From Lama glama (Eukaryota), in NCBI GenBank assembly GCA_028534125.1, contig CM052817.1, forward strand, positions 104,100,001 through 104,164,000: 64,000 bases of DNA. Reading direction: 5' to 3'. Below are positions 13,744-27,099 of this stretch, piece after piece (position 1 is the stretch's first letter; every line of letters begins with the position of its first letter). Made by a program: the position numbers and the translations under genes. Below the pieces are notes generated by a model. It ran no database searches and was not told the origin of the DNA. It worked only from the letters and a program-made list of their open reading frames with translations.

Positions 13744-15199
13744 GTAAGTGGCATTTTCTAGCCACTTTCTGTCTTAAGTATGTATTTTGAGATTTAAACT
13801 GCCATTTATTTATATTAACTATTTACTCAATGTTATGCTTGTGTGATCAGCCAGAATCAGTTTTCTTTTCTTTATTTTAAATTGCTCAGTTTGAAATTTG
13901 TTTAAAATTGCTCCGTTAAACTCTTTTAAGAAGGAATAAAGCTTAAAAACCTTGATTAGGTGGATTAAAACAGACCCAAATTTTAGTGGGCAAAGTGAAT
14001 AGATGTGCTAAAGCGTAGTTCCCATACAGTGGTGCTCAAATAGGCTTTTCTGTAAGTGATTCTCATACGTAAATACTAAGTCAGAGTGACCTGATGATGG
14101 TGATCTGCATTTTCTTTGCCAAGTGTATCACTCTTGATCAACAAAATGCTCCTTTTAAAACTTTTTAAGCTAAGGATACATATGCACATTTGCCTAAAGA
14201 CTGAACCTGCAGGGCCACAATGGCTATAGGAATATTTATCAAGTCTAGCATCACTCTAAATGATACCCGGTGTTTAATGTCAGGGATTGAGGGGAGGGCA
14301 AAGGAGGAAGCGGGCATGAACTGGGAGAGGGAAACTTCACTTCCGCTCCTGGCTCTGACCTACCTTGGTACATGACCTTGGGCTTGGCACATGGTCTCCC
14401 TACACATCATTTCCTTCATCTGGGAAACAAAGAAGCTAGAGCTCTGTTTAGATTTCCTCTGTCTTCCCATTCTATGGATGTAGGTCTTAAAAAATAATAT
14501 TAAACGTAAAACTGGTTTGGATGTTTTCATCTTAAGTAAGTATTAAATCACTTGATTCTATAAAGCTAAATTCAGTATCGGACTCATTTTGATTCTAATT
14601 GCTAATGCATTTATTGTGGTAAGTCAAACTAAGCATTACATGCTCCATGTAAATTGTCTCACTTCCTTCGCAAGTTTTGCTAGTAAATGCACTTGTTAGG
14701 TGTCCAGTACTGTTCCTTAAAACAGAGGTTGGCTTGGGACATTTATTTCAGCATTTGCTATGACTTGCTTTCCACATAAATACTCACTTCTTTGGATTTT
14801 ATAGTCACCCCTATTGTAACATGATATAATGCTTCCAAATGGGTATTAACATTTAGTAAGACAATTTAAAATTTTCAGTGGGCTATAGTCACTACTATTT
14901 AAATTTTCATTTCTAGCTACTTTAATTGAGGTATAATTCACCTTTTTAAAATCCATTTCAGTTGTTTTTACCATATTTGCAAAGTTGTGCAACCATTACT
15001 AATTCAGAACATTTTCATCTAGTTTCTAAGGAAATCCAGAATGACTTTCTTTGTTTAATATAAAATCATTTATTTTTATTAATGTAAAATTAACATTAAT
15101 ATACATTTTATATTTGATTTAAAATTTTAAATTAATATTTTGTACTTCTACAAAGTTAAAAATTTTTGAACTTAGGTTTGACTTCTGTTTTATCTGATT

Positions 15200-15660
15200 T
15201 CTTTTCATCCGTTGGTGAGGGAGGGACTCCTGCCTTAGGGCTGTGGGGATGGGTGAACATAGCACTCAACAGGGGAAAGATGTGATTGTGTATTAGTCAC
15301 ACATGCTCACAGCCCCAGTGAAGATGACCCTGCCCTCAATTCAGAGCCACACGGCGATGTACCCAGGAACAAAGTGAAGAACCAGGGGCTACAGGAGGTG
15401 GGCTGAATGGTATTGAGATGTGGGATGTCTGCCAGTTCTGTGGAAGGACCTGATTGGCTTATGTGAATAATTCTGTGGGCTGGCTGGGAACTGAAACCCA
15501 CTGCTCAGGGATAGGCAGGGACCCTCCCAGGTCCCTTTGATAAGGAGGCTGTTTGTCTAAAGGCTCTTGCCCAAGGGAAGAGGAACTTGCAGTTACGCCA
15601 TTCAGAACCCTCTGATTTAACCAGATGTCAAGACTGCACAGAATATTGGGCCTTAATTGT
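15200..15660. mobile_element. Old ERVL-type LTR relic (MER54/MER74-like, family uncertain)
   Basis: GC-elevated block with tgattggctt...gaataattctgtgggctggc recalled from those LTRs. Confidence 0.45.
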
Positions 15661-15774
15661 TTTTTGTCTTTTTTTAAATCGAATCAGAGATTCTTTAAAT
15701 TCTGTAGTGCTTTACAGTTTTCAGAAGTTTCACATATATGATTTTATCTAATCCTATAGTAACTCTTTTTTTCT

Positions 15775-17112
15775 AGCCTCATATTGCCCCTCCCCCTCCC
15801 CTCTCCCATGTAACCACTAGTTTATTCTCTATATCTGTGAGTCTACCTTTTTTTTGTTTGATTCACTACTGTGTTGTACTTTTTTAGATTCCATATATAA
15901 GTGATATCATGCAATATTTGTCTTCATCTGACTTGTTTCAATTAGCATAATGCCATCCATGTACATCCACGTTGCTACACAAATGGCAAAATTTTATTAT
16001 TTTTAATGACTCAGTAGTATTCCATTGTGTATATATGCCACTTCTTCTTTATCCAGTCATCTGCTGATGGACACTAAGATTGCTTCCATGTCTTGGCAAT
16101 TGGAAATAATGCTGCTATGAACATTGGGGGTTCAAGGATCTTTTTGAATTATTGGTTTGTATTTTTTCAAATATATATCCAAGAGTGGAATTGCTGGGTC
16201 ATATGGTAGTTCTATTTTTAGTTTTTTTTGAGAAATCTTCATACTGATTTCCATAATGTCCACAACATTCCTGCCAAAAGTGTACAAGGGTTCCCCTTTT
16301 CTCCACATCCTCACTAACATTTGTTATTTGTGTTCTTTTTAATGATAGCCATTCTGACAGATGTGAGGTAATATCTCATTGTGGTTTTAATTTGCATTTC
16401 CCCAGTGATTAGCGATGCCAAGCATGTTTGAGTGTGCCTGTTGGCCATTTTCATTTCCTCTTTGGAAAAATGTCTGTTCAGTTTGGCCAATTTTTTAATC
16501 AGGTTGTTTGATTTTTTTTTGATGTTCAGTTGTATGAGCTGTTTGTGTATGTTGGATATTAACTCCTTATTGGTCTTTTCTTTTGCTAATATCTTCTCTC
16601 ATTCTGTAGGTTGTCCTTTTCTTTTATTGATGGTTTCCTTTGCTGTGCAAAAACGTTTAATTTTAATTAGATTCATTTGCTTATTTTTGCTTTTATCTTC
16701 TTTGCTTTAGGAAATCCATCCAAAAATATATTGTTGTGATTTATGTTAAAGAGCACCCTGCCTATGTTTTCCTCTAGGAATTTTATAGTTTCCAGTCTTA
16801 TATTTAGATCTTTAATCCACTTTAAGTTTAGTTTTGTATATGCTGGGGGAGCCTGTTGTAATTTCATTCTTTTACATGAAGCTGTCCAGTTTTCCCAGCA
16901 CCACTTATTGAAGAGATTGTCTTTTCTCTGTTGTATATTCTTGCCTCCTTGTAGAAGATTAACTGACCATAAATGTGTTGGCTTATTTCTGGGCTCTTTT
17001 TTCTGTTTCATTGATTTATGTTTCTTGTTTTTGTGCCAGTACCATACTGTTTTGATTACTGTAGCTTTGTAGTATAGCCTGATGTAAGGGAGTGTGATTC
17101 CTCCAGCTCCCA
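15775..17112 (-). mobile_element. 5'-truncated L1
   Basis: ORF2 peptides YYKATVIKTVWYW...LFNKWCWENW and IELPYDPAIPLL in the ORF track, followed by 3'UTR. Confidence 0.95.
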
Positions 17113-17842
17113 CACTCTGTGTGTAGGCTTGGTTATTTATGCCTGGGGTTTGGTGCTGATTGGTGGGTTCCTATACAAAAGAAGGGTGCTGAAAGAGAGA
17201 GGGGCATGTCTGAAAGAGAGAGGGGTGGATGAACTCTCCTGCCAGTAGTTCTAACTCAGGTCCAGGGAGGGTTTTACAGGCAGAAGGGGATTTTCCTAAA
17301 GGCAGAAGTTGTGGCTTGTGATTGGCTTGGCTTGAGATGGTGGCTGATCATCAAAATGGAGTTGGTCTTGCAGATCAGAGAGTGGGGCTCTGTTGCTAAG
17401 GGAGGCCAGAAACTTCTCTAGAAATGTTCCAAGACATGATGGAATCTCACAAGCTGAGGAATAGTGTGCTATTAACAGTAGCAAGTAAAATTAAATAATC
17501 TCTTGAAGAGACCCAGAACACACATTATGAGGCTTCTACACCCAAAGCAAGCGATTGTGAAAGCTAGAGAGAACCAGCCTTAGAACACTAATTATGCTAA
17601 AGTGTATTTTATTAGCTTAATTTAAAAATTAAAAATAAATTAAAAATGGACAATAATATTTCCCTCAATTTCATGTTTGGATATAGTTTTAATTGGTTTT
17701 ATTAGTACAAAAAATTAAAAACCAAATGAGCAAAGGGAAGAAAAGAGGCATAAGTGAAATATTGAAAAGGTAGAAAATACTATTTTAATTCATAATGAGA
17801 TAAAATAGTTTTACCATCCATGGATATATAGGAACATAAATA

Positions 17843-18335
17843 ATTTTTTAACATTTTTTATTGAGTTATAGTCATTTTACAATGTTGTGTCAAATTCCAG
17901 TGTAGAGCACAATTTTTCAGTTATACATGAACATACATACATTCATTGTTACATTTTGTTTTCACTGTGAGCTACCACAAGATCTTGTATATATCTCCCT
18001 GTGCTATACAGTATAATCTTGTGTATCTATTCTGCATATGCCTGTCAGTATCTACAGATTTTGAAATCCCAGTCTGTCCCTTCCCACTCCCTGCTCCCTT
18101 GGCAACCACAAATTTGTATTCTATTTCTATGAGCCTGTTCTGTTTTGTATTTATGTTCATTTTTTTTTTTTTTAGATTCCACATATGAGTGATCTTATAT
18201 GGTATTTTTCTTTCTCTTTCTTGCTTAGTTCACTTAGAATGACGTTCTCCAGGGACAACTGGATAAAGAAGATGTGGTATATTTATACAATGGAATACTA
18301 TTCAGCCATAAAAATGACAACATAATGCCATTTGC
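17843..18335 (-). mobile_element. L1 3' end with 5' inversion
   Basis: Minus-strand 3'UTR to about 18257, plus-strand piece 18258-18335; TSD aggaacataaata at 17830-17842 and 18336-18348. Confidence 0.9.
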
Positions 18336-18562
18336 AGGAACATAAATATCTGTTACACTTTGATTGTCATAGTCACTTGTTATTTTTCTAGGTAGATGTA
18401 TAATTTCTAATGAACTTAAATATAGATAAAATTAATGCATTGATATATTTTGAAATTTTAGTAATATTTTTACTTTTTTCTTTGTGATATTTTTTTGTTT
18501 CCAATATTTTGAGAAAATCTTGAGGAAAAATGTACTCAACTTTGAATTGCTCCATTTTCTAG

Positions 18563-18705
18563 AGCTTGATAACCTTGTTTTACTGCAAATATAACAAAAC
18601 CATTTTATATTTTCCTAATCTTTGATTCAGTTGTATTTGAAGCCATGCTTCAGGGATATACCTGTTTATGATAAGTCATTAAGACCTTATAATGAAACCA
18701 TAGAA
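18563..18705 (+). pseudogene. Relic exon
   Basis: ccattttctAG acceptor and GTAGGT donor at 18706. Reads LDNLVLLQI*QNHFIFS*SLIQLYLKPCFRDIPVYDKSLRPYNETIE and ends in phase 0. Confidence 0.55.
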
Positions 18706-19511
18706 GTAGGTTAAATGTACATACTTATCTTCCATCACTGTGGCTCTGCCTTGCAGATATGTTTCCTATGTCTGTGGCTCATCTGGCTCCAAATATCTTT
18801 TTAGTGCCAACCCTCTACTTGTCTGACCTCATTGCAACCACTACTTGCTACCACACCTTCTGAAAAATAGTCTTAACTGAGTGGCTTACTAATCACTTCA
18901 AACTCTCTCAGAAATCTACTCTGAATTTCAGGCAAGTAAATATGAAAATGAATCTTACCCCAACGATTTAATACTTTCCAAATATTAATGTTTTGTATAG
19001 TTCTCCTTAAGAGATTGCCAATATTTATTTCTCAAGCCCCCAGTAATCTTCACTCACTTGAGAGTATATCACTTTATATAAAATTATTTACCAGTTATAT
19101 TATATATAGACCTATAAGTGCAATAATCTTTAAAAATATTATATATATATATATATATTTATATCATGTTAACACTTTAAATAGTTGACTATGGGTATAA
19201 TATGTAGTCATATATGTGGTTCATGTATGTATGTATGAATCTACTAATAATCAATATAATCATTTCAATAATAAAGAACTTTTTTTTCTTGAATTCCCTT
19301 TAAAGTAATTTTGGCACTGTCTAAAAATGTATTATAACGTTATAAATGTATATCGACTGCATCTTCTTTCTATGCACTTGCAAACGAAATCTTTAAGAAA
19401 GATTTTAGAGTCATTATTCTAGGACTTAAGTATAAAAAAGTCTCTATTTATGAGTCTTTAAAAGAATCTAGATGCCTAGAGCACACCCCTAAATGTTCTA
19501 ATTTGTTGTGA

Positions 19512-20011
19512 NNNNNNNNNNNNNNNNNNNNNNNNNNNNNNNNNNNNNNNNNNNNNNNNNNNNNNNNNNNNNNNNNNNNNNNNNNNNNNNNNNNNNNNNN
19601 NNNNNNNNNNNNNNNNNNNNNNNNNNNNNNNNNNNNNNNNNNNNNNNNNNNNNNNNNNNNNNNNNNNNNNNNNNNNNNNNNNNNNNNNNNNNNNNNNNNN
19701 NNNNNNNNNNNNNNNNNNNNNNNNNNNNNNNNNNNNNNNNNNNNNNNNNNNNNNNNNNNNNNNNNNNNNNNNNNNNNNNNNNNNNNNNNNNNNNNNNNNN
19801 NNNNNNNNNNNNNNNNNNNNNNNNNNNNNNNNNNNNNNNNNNNNNNNNNNNNNNNNNNNNNNNNNNNNNNNNNNNNNNNNNNNNNNNNNNNNNNNNNNNN
19901 NNNNNNNNNNNNNNNNNNNNNNNNNNNNNNNNNNNNNNNNNNNNNNNNNNNNNNNNNNNNNNNNNNNNNNNNNNNNNNNNNNNNNNNNNNNNNNNNNNNN
20001 NNNNNNNNNNN
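19512..20011. other. Assembly gap (500 N)
   Basis: Run of N. Confidence 1.
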
Positions 20012-20829
20012 AACCCTAAAGATAAATATATGCATCTGTATGTATATATGTGCAAACATACATTAATGAGAGAGGGGGAAATAAGAACATTTTTTGTGAA
20101 AAATGTGCTAGATTTAGAAGTATATGGAATGATAGGATTGAGAATTCAGCATTTACATCTGATTCATTCAATGCTAAATATTCATTCAGTACTAAAGGGT
20201 AGGAGTATTCATTCAATGCTAAAATCGTCACATTAGTGATCGTTGGGGAACAGGATATTCGAATGCAGATGAAAGAACCAGTACAGATGAAAAAGGGAAA
20301 ATGTACATTTACAGTGGCCAGAACTGGTTGTCATCATCTGAGCCAAATGACTACATTTATAGTTGATTATCACTAATGGTACGGCAATGTGATGATTTTT
20401 TTTTTTTTTACTTTTCTGTTATGCGGCAACAGGAAGAAAATCACCTGTAATGTATACTTACTAATAATGTTAACCTGAATCTGATAAATCCTCTACACTC
20501 CATTCCAGAGCCTAGAGAGGAGGAGAAAAATAGAGGAGAGAGGGAGGGAGGGAAGAAAGGAGGGTTATTTTGTCACTCTATCTCTGCCCTACAACAATTT
20601 CTCTCTCTTGATACAGGAATCATTTATACTACCAAGTGCACAGACAGCTACAAGTTTTGTTTTGTTTTATTTTGTTTGCTTGGCTGTTCTGCGTAGGATT
20701 TCTTTTAGAATTCAGAATATTTCAAGGAGTAATTAAAAATCAGTGTCAATATATAGGATTTGCAAGTAAATATTGTCTCATAAATTTTCTGGCAAGGACT
20801 AATCAGTTAATGCATTCCTGAGAAAAGTA

Positions 20830-20980
20830 TTTTCTTTTCTTTTCTTTTTTTGAGGGGAGAGGTAGTTAGGTTTATTTATTTATTTATGTGTTTATTATTG
20901 TTGTTGTTTTTTAATGGAGGTACTGGGGATTGAACGCAAGGCTTTGTGCATGTTAAGCAGGCACTGTACCACTGAGCTCC
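20830..20980 (-). mobile_element. tRNA-Ala-derived SINE (Vic-1-like), 5' truncated
   Basis: atggaggtactggggattgaac...taccactgagct. Confidence 0.85.
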
Positions 20981-21376
20981 CATTTGCTTTTTTTAATAGA
21001 AATTTACATGGCATATACTGTGTATTCAATGCCCAAACTCCATGTAAGAAATTGCATTTTTATGTAAAGCTAGTTAATTCACTGAAGACCACTCAAGAGC
21101 TGTGCTAATTAAACTGTTTCTGTTTTATGGAGCAAAATAGTATGAGCTACTGAGAGTAACAGGCACAGGAAACTAGTTTGCAAACAGGTCCGTCATCAGT
21201 GGAATTTTAAAAGATTTACTATCCCCTTTGGTAATTAATTCTTAGACTTTCCAGTGTCAGATCTTAGAAGTACAGTCACAAATAGTTTCCTATTCTGTTT
21301 ATTTATAATCATACAAAAGAGGAAAGTATAAATTCATGTTAGTAACATGTATTATTAATTTGTTTTTCTCAATCAG

Positions 21377-21494
21377 TTCTCAGAAACGATCTTTTTCCTT
21401 GATGAGCATTATGCTGCCATTATAAAAACTGCTCTTTCAAGTTTGACGACAAATTAGGTTTACAATTATGGGATTGCATTTCTAAATACCAAAC
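21377..21494 (+). pseudogene. Relic exon
   Basis: tttttctcaatcAG acceptor and GTAATT donor at 21495. Phase 0 frame FSETIFFLDEHYAAIIKTALSSLTTN*VYNYGIAFLNTK. Confidence 0.5.
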
Positions 21495-21614
21495 GTAATT
21501 TGCTCTGACAGGAGAGATTTTTTTCCTGTAGACAAATGCTCAAGCTCTTCCATTGTTTAATGGCAAATTAAATAGAAAACTTATCTTCTCATTACCTGCA
21601 TATACTTTATTTAG

Positions 21615-22060
21615 CTTCCTTCCATCTGCTCTGCAAATGCTCTTATAAAACTGTATCCCATGGCAACCCCCAAAGGCATTTGAGCTCCCTGTCTCCCAAG
21701 TGAGCTCGTCTCTCCCTGGGAAGCCACCTTAGCACATGAAGGACAGCATTTTTCATTAATTTAGAAAGGGCTTGCTCTGTGAGGGCCCCTTCCGCAATTT
21801 CCATGATCACATATAGATATTGCATTTACATTCCTTTTAAACTTACAAGAAGATACTGGATTTTCACATGGTGTGTGAATCATGTTTAAATCCCAGAGAA
21901 GAGAATGAGGCGCGTTATTTCACAAAATCACTGCTCTCTGGTCTGTAGACAATGAGATGACAGATAATCATTTTTATCAATGTAAAAAATGTCTCTATCA
22001 GAAAGTTATTTGAAACAAAAGCTTATAAATTTAGAATTTTCATAGGGAGGGAAAAATTCA
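21615..22060 (+). pseudogene. Relic exon (3' end approximate)
   Basis: actttatttAG acceptor. Single frame ANALIKLYPMATPKGI*APCLPSELVSPWEATLAHEGQHF...HIDIAFTFLLNLQEDTGF...GALFHKITALWSVD, with mostly TGA stops. Confidence 0.55.
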
Positions 22061-22727
22061 AGTCCATTTACTTTGTCTTTTTAATCCATAACTATATCCA
22101 TTAACTTGTTCATTGATGCTGAGAGAATTGTGGCTCCTGCAACCAACAGTGAGCCCAAAGCAGCCAACCTGGGATCTGCCTAATATTCCTAATATTTGTA
22201 GGTCATTTACTGCCTCTGAACCTCAATTTTCCAGTTTACAAAATGGGTGTTACTTCACAGGGTGTTGTGAAAATAATAGATTTTTATAAAAACTCTATTA
22301 CTGACAAAGCACTAGGTAGGATTTATTATTACACTCTGTTCTTCAACATTTCATTATTATAAGTGTAGTCTATACACAATTAAAACATAATGATATTGTG
22401 GCTTTAAGCAGTTTGGTCAAAACAATAAAATAAAGTGAAATTCTTAATGAAATCATTGTTGGCATTTGAAATCTCGAGTGAGAAAGAAACTATAAACTGC
22501 TTTCTATGTAATCTGTCCTTATGAAACCAGAGAACTCTGTATTTGAATTTAAAATTGCTTTTGTACCTTTGAATACACATCTGTATTTTAATAACTGTTT
22601 TGAAAGCATAATTATTTTGAAAAATGCTTTAACGTTCTATTATGATAAACTACTGTGAAGAAACTAAAATGCATATGTGCTTAAAAAGATTTTTGTTTTT
22701 AATATTTTATTCCATTTTTTCTTTCAG

Positions 22728-23295
22728 ATGTTATCATTGGTGCTTCAGAATGATTATGTTTACAAATGTGTGACTTTTGCATTCTAATGAATCTTATCAA
22801 AACCATTATGCTAATTAATTGCATATGCTTTTGCAAAACTCTACATTGTAACTTACAAATATACTTTATCAAAATTCAGTAACATAGGATTTACTTTCTA
22901 AAATAAATGTGATTTTAGAAAAAATTTTAAATTAGAAGTTTATTTAGAGCAGTAATTCATTAGAAAATAACATTTGATTGGACCAACTGATAGAGAGGAA
23001 ACTGTGGGAAAAAAAAATCTACATTGAGCCAATACTTCTGTATATAATACAAATCATACAATGAATAAAATCATGAATACATAGTGAAATTATATTATTA
23101 GCTAATATAGAGAAAAGCTAATACAAGAAGTTGGACATGCTTATCACCAAACTTTCCACAACCACTTCTCAGAGACTATACCAGCCCTCTAGATAATTTA
23201 TTCTCAGATAATTCATTCTGGCTTCCAAATTGGAAGGAATGTCTCACTTTTATATTTTTGCTTAACTACAACCATACAGAATAGGAAAGTATAGG
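22728..23295 (+). pseudogene. Two possible small relic exons (about 22728-22878 and 23102-23295)
   Basis: ttttttctttcAG acceptor then MLSLVLQNDYVYKCVTFAF. The second block has EKLIQEVGHAYHQTF and LFSDNSFWLPNWKECL in adjacent frames. Confidence 0.4.
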
Positions 23296-23899
23296 TTCAT
23301 GCTACTAAAATGTATCATTTGGCTTTCTGAATTATTTCTTCGAGCTATATGTTTTCTTAAAGAGTGTTATCAAGCCATTATAAAGTGCCTTATCAAGTTT
23401 CATATAAATAAATAGATTTATAATTGTGAGATTGAATTTCCAGATGACAAATCACATGTGTTGTGACAAAAGCTTCTTCTTCCTTCATCTTAATCACTAC
23501 TATTCTGTTGTAGAACAGAAAGAGAAGAACCACAAAAAATCTACGGTTCCAAGTGGACTAATGTTTTGCTACGATAACACTTTCCAGCTTCTCTGTGCCC
23601 ACCGTTCCTCCCAGGAGCCATAGTGCCTTTTAAAGTTGAGATAAGTATTTAAAAATCAAGACTGGTGCTCTTTATCGTCCCTTTCTTCCTTGTCACTTTT
23701 CTTCTCTTTCTAAACAATCTGGTTCAGAAGCCATTAGGTGCGAACAACCAAGGAGGGCATTTGTACGCGGGGCAGGTTGAGAGGACACAGGTGAAGTGGG
23801 CCGTGCTGGGGGTGTTGGGGAGCCACATCAAGGAGTCATCCCGCACCATCCAGGGAGATGTCCACGAGGGGAAGTGGATCAGAGATGTGCTGTGTGTTC

Positions 23900-25500
23900 T
23901 CTCATGTTGGCATGAGGGTGTCTTCAGTGTGGCGTGGGATCGCTGGGTCAACGCATAAATCCATGAACACTTCTGTAGGCTCCTGCAAAGATGCTACCGC
24001 GCTGAGTTCTCATCAGCAGTGCGTGGCTGTGCGCGTGCGCACGGTGCTTCCTTACAGCTTTGCCAGTCTGTTCTCAGTGTGGATATATATATTTTTTATT
24101 TGTGTCAGCATGAGGGATGAGAAATAGTATCTTAGGGTAGTTAAATATATTTTATATATTATAATTATTTTATATAATATAATTATATAATATAAATTAT
24201 AATTTATATTTATGTATAAATATATGATAAATAATAAAAATTTTGTATTTTTTATTGTGAGTACATGATTTCATGTGTTTAAAGGTCACTTGTGTATCTT
24301 TTCTTGTGAATCCTCTGTTCCTACTTTTTGGGCATTTCTACGAGCATATTGAGGTTTTAAGTTCTTTTCTCCTTAATTTGAAAGAGTGTGTTCAGTCTTC
24401 AGAGCTGTTTGTCAGAGAGCTTATAATTTATCATTTGAATTCGCCTGTGGTTTGCTTTATTATTTTAAAAACATAAGTGGGTATTATCTGTACTTTAAAT
24501 ACATAGGTGACTATATTTGTGTTTTCTTTTCTTGTGTATGGATTTTACATCATTTTTAGAAAATTTGACCTACCGGCTATAAGGAATAAATGCATGTTTT
24601 TTTCTGGTGTATGTTTTTGTTTATTTGCTTTTATTTTTGGATTTGGATATCTGATCTACTTGAAGTAATTCTGCTCTGTAGTGTTATAGATCTAGTTTTA
24701 TTTGGATGGCTACCCATTTGTTCACACAGTTTTATTTAAAAATCTATTTTCTACCAGAATTATATTGACAAATCTGATTCTTGAATGTCTACTCTGTGTG
24801 TATTTACGGCCACTACAATACTGTTTTAATTATATCAGCCTTATCGTATGTCTTCCTGTTTGCTAGGGAGAAGGCCCTCATTTCTTTTGCAGGGTTTTCT
24901 GGCTAGTCTCCATTGTTGATTTTTCCACTTGTATTTTAAGAGTCATCTTGTCCAGCTTTATAAGGAAAAATCAACAACAACAAGAAAAGAAAAACCACTC
25001 ACCATTTTGTGGGGATAATTAAAAATGTATATATTAACTCTGACAAATTATTGTTTTATGTTTACTTTGCATCTTTCATAAGGAGGTTAAAGTTTTCTTC
25101 AAATATACTGCATTTTTCTTGATAAATGTATTCCTAAGCATTTCATCTTTTTCTCACTGTTGTTGCTTTCCTTGTAACTGAGACAGTTCCTTGCATTATA
25201 TGTGGAAATATACATCAAGGTTATTTATTTTGAATGTCAGTTTTAGATTTTTTCCTGTCTTACTAAATGTGTGGTTTTAACATTGATTGTAGTATTGTTT
25301 CAGCCCTTGGGTTTTCCATGCAGGCCATTCACCCACAAATCACCATCGTCTGCCTCTTTCTTTTCAATGATATATCTCTAATTGTTTTCTCTTATCTGAT
25401 CACTTTGGCTAATAAATCCAACAGTAGTGAGCACCATTGTCTTGCTTGTAACTTTAGTGAGAAAACTTGATAATTCTCTATTAAGATTTTGCCTGGAATG
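23900..25500 (-). mobile_element. Ancient L1 (L1ME-like) ORF2/3' relic containing an AT-rich tract at about 24140-24245
   Basis: Degenerate matches to antisense L1, e.g. gggatcgctgggtcaa and attcctaagcatttcat. Confidence 0.55.
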
Positions 25501-25929
25501 AATGTGTTCAGAACAGAACCAAAATGAATCCTTCCACTCTCGTGACTGAAAAGTGATCTTATTCAAACTCCTTGTAACAGACTCAGGGAGAATATGGGAC
25601 TATTCCAGATGTAACATAAATGTGAAATTCTAATGTGAATTTCTCTTCCCTGAGCTGCGTACTCTGTCCGAGGCAGCTGGGATTGTCTTTTAGTAAACAG
25701 GAGTTCAGCAAGCAGCACAAGGCAATGAGAAGAAAGTGTAAAACTGAGGGGCCTCCAAAAGCACTGTCTTCCATGAGCTGATGGTTCACACCTCTTTAGT
25801 TTAGCCCCATCCTTACCTATCTAGCCTCATTTCTCAGAAACATATGCATCCTAGCAATGATTGCTGACTGGGATTCACAAGACCTTGATGTGTATGCTGT
25901 GTGGTCTGTTCTGTATCTTTCTTCTGTTC

Positions 25930-27004
25930 CACCTTTGTTGAGGTATGATTGACAAATAACATTGTAAGATATTTAAAGTGTACAGCATGATGATTTAATA
26001 TACATTGTGAAAGAATACCCCTTAACATCCATCCACATGTTTTCTTTTTTTTCTGTGAGAACATTTAAGTTCTATTTTAGAGACTTTCAATTATACAATA
26101 TAGTGTTGTGAACGACATCTCCATCCTCGGATCGTATTCATCTTATAAATCAATCTTTGTCCTCTTTTAGCAATCAACATCCTTTCTTTTTTTTTTTTTT
26201 TTTGGTTTGAAAGGGGATTTTGCTGCTTGCTTGCTTGCTTGTTTTCTTTCTTTCTTTCTTCCTTGAAGTATACTCAGTTTATAGTGTATCAGTTTCTGGT
26301 GTACAGCATGATGTTTCAGTCATACATATATATACATATATTCCTTTTCATAATCTTTTTCATTATAGGTTACTAAAGATGTTAAATATAGTTCCCTGTA
26401 CTATATAGAAGAAATTTGTTTTCTATCTATTTTATATAGAGTAGTAATATTTTCAAATCTTGAACTCCCATTTTATCCCTTCCCACCCCCTTTCCTCCCA
26501 GTAACCATAAGTTTGTTTAATATGTCTGTGAATCTGTTTCTGTTTCGTAAATAAGTTCATTTGTGTCTTCTTTTTTCTTTTTCTTTTTCATTCCATATAT
26601 GAGTTGTATCGTATGGTATTTATGGATAACTTCACTTAAAATGACGATCTCCACATCCATCCGTGTTGCTGCAAATGACACTATTTTATTCTTTTATGGC
26701 TGAGTAGTATTCCATTGTGTATATGTGTGTGTATGTATGTGTGTATATGTATGTATGTGTGTATATATATGTGGTGTATATATATATATACAAACTTCTT
26801 TACCCAGTCCTCTACCAATGGACATTTAGGTTGCTTCTGTGTCTTGGCTATTGTATACAATGCTGCTGTGAACATGGGGGTGCATGTATCTTTTTGAACT
26901 AGAGTTCCTTTTGGATATATGGCCAGGAGTAGGATTGCTGGATCATATGGTAAGTCTGTTTTTAGTTTTTTGAGGAATATCCAGAACTGTTTTCCATAAT
27001 GGCT
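25930..27004 (-). mobile_element. Two L1 3' ends: older at 25930-26180, younger at about 26185-27004 with an internal (TG/TATG)n tract
   Basis: 3'UTR motifs and ORF2 C-terminal MFTAALYTIAKTQKQPKCP. Confidence 0.88.
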
Positions 27005-27099
27005 AGAGAGGGAAGGGTATCTTGAATTGGGGTGTTGGAGGAAGGGGGTGGCAGAAAGCTGCTAGAGACAGCAGTGAGATGCCAGGCTGAAGGAAGGTT

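Noticed and set aside
20161..20222. Three spaced attcattca...ctaaa repeats, superficially array-like
   Set aside because: Short local duplication in AT-rich mammalian DNA with no regular repeat-spacer structure; not a CRISPR array.
19448..20236. Long ORFs in the ORF track (also 43655-44227)
   Set aside because: Artefacts of translating through N gaps.
23720..24070. GC-rich patch with CpGs and overlapping ORFs, possible promoter or foreign insert
   Set aside because: Too short for a CpG island, the peptides are unrecognisable, and the right half resembles degenerate antisense L1.
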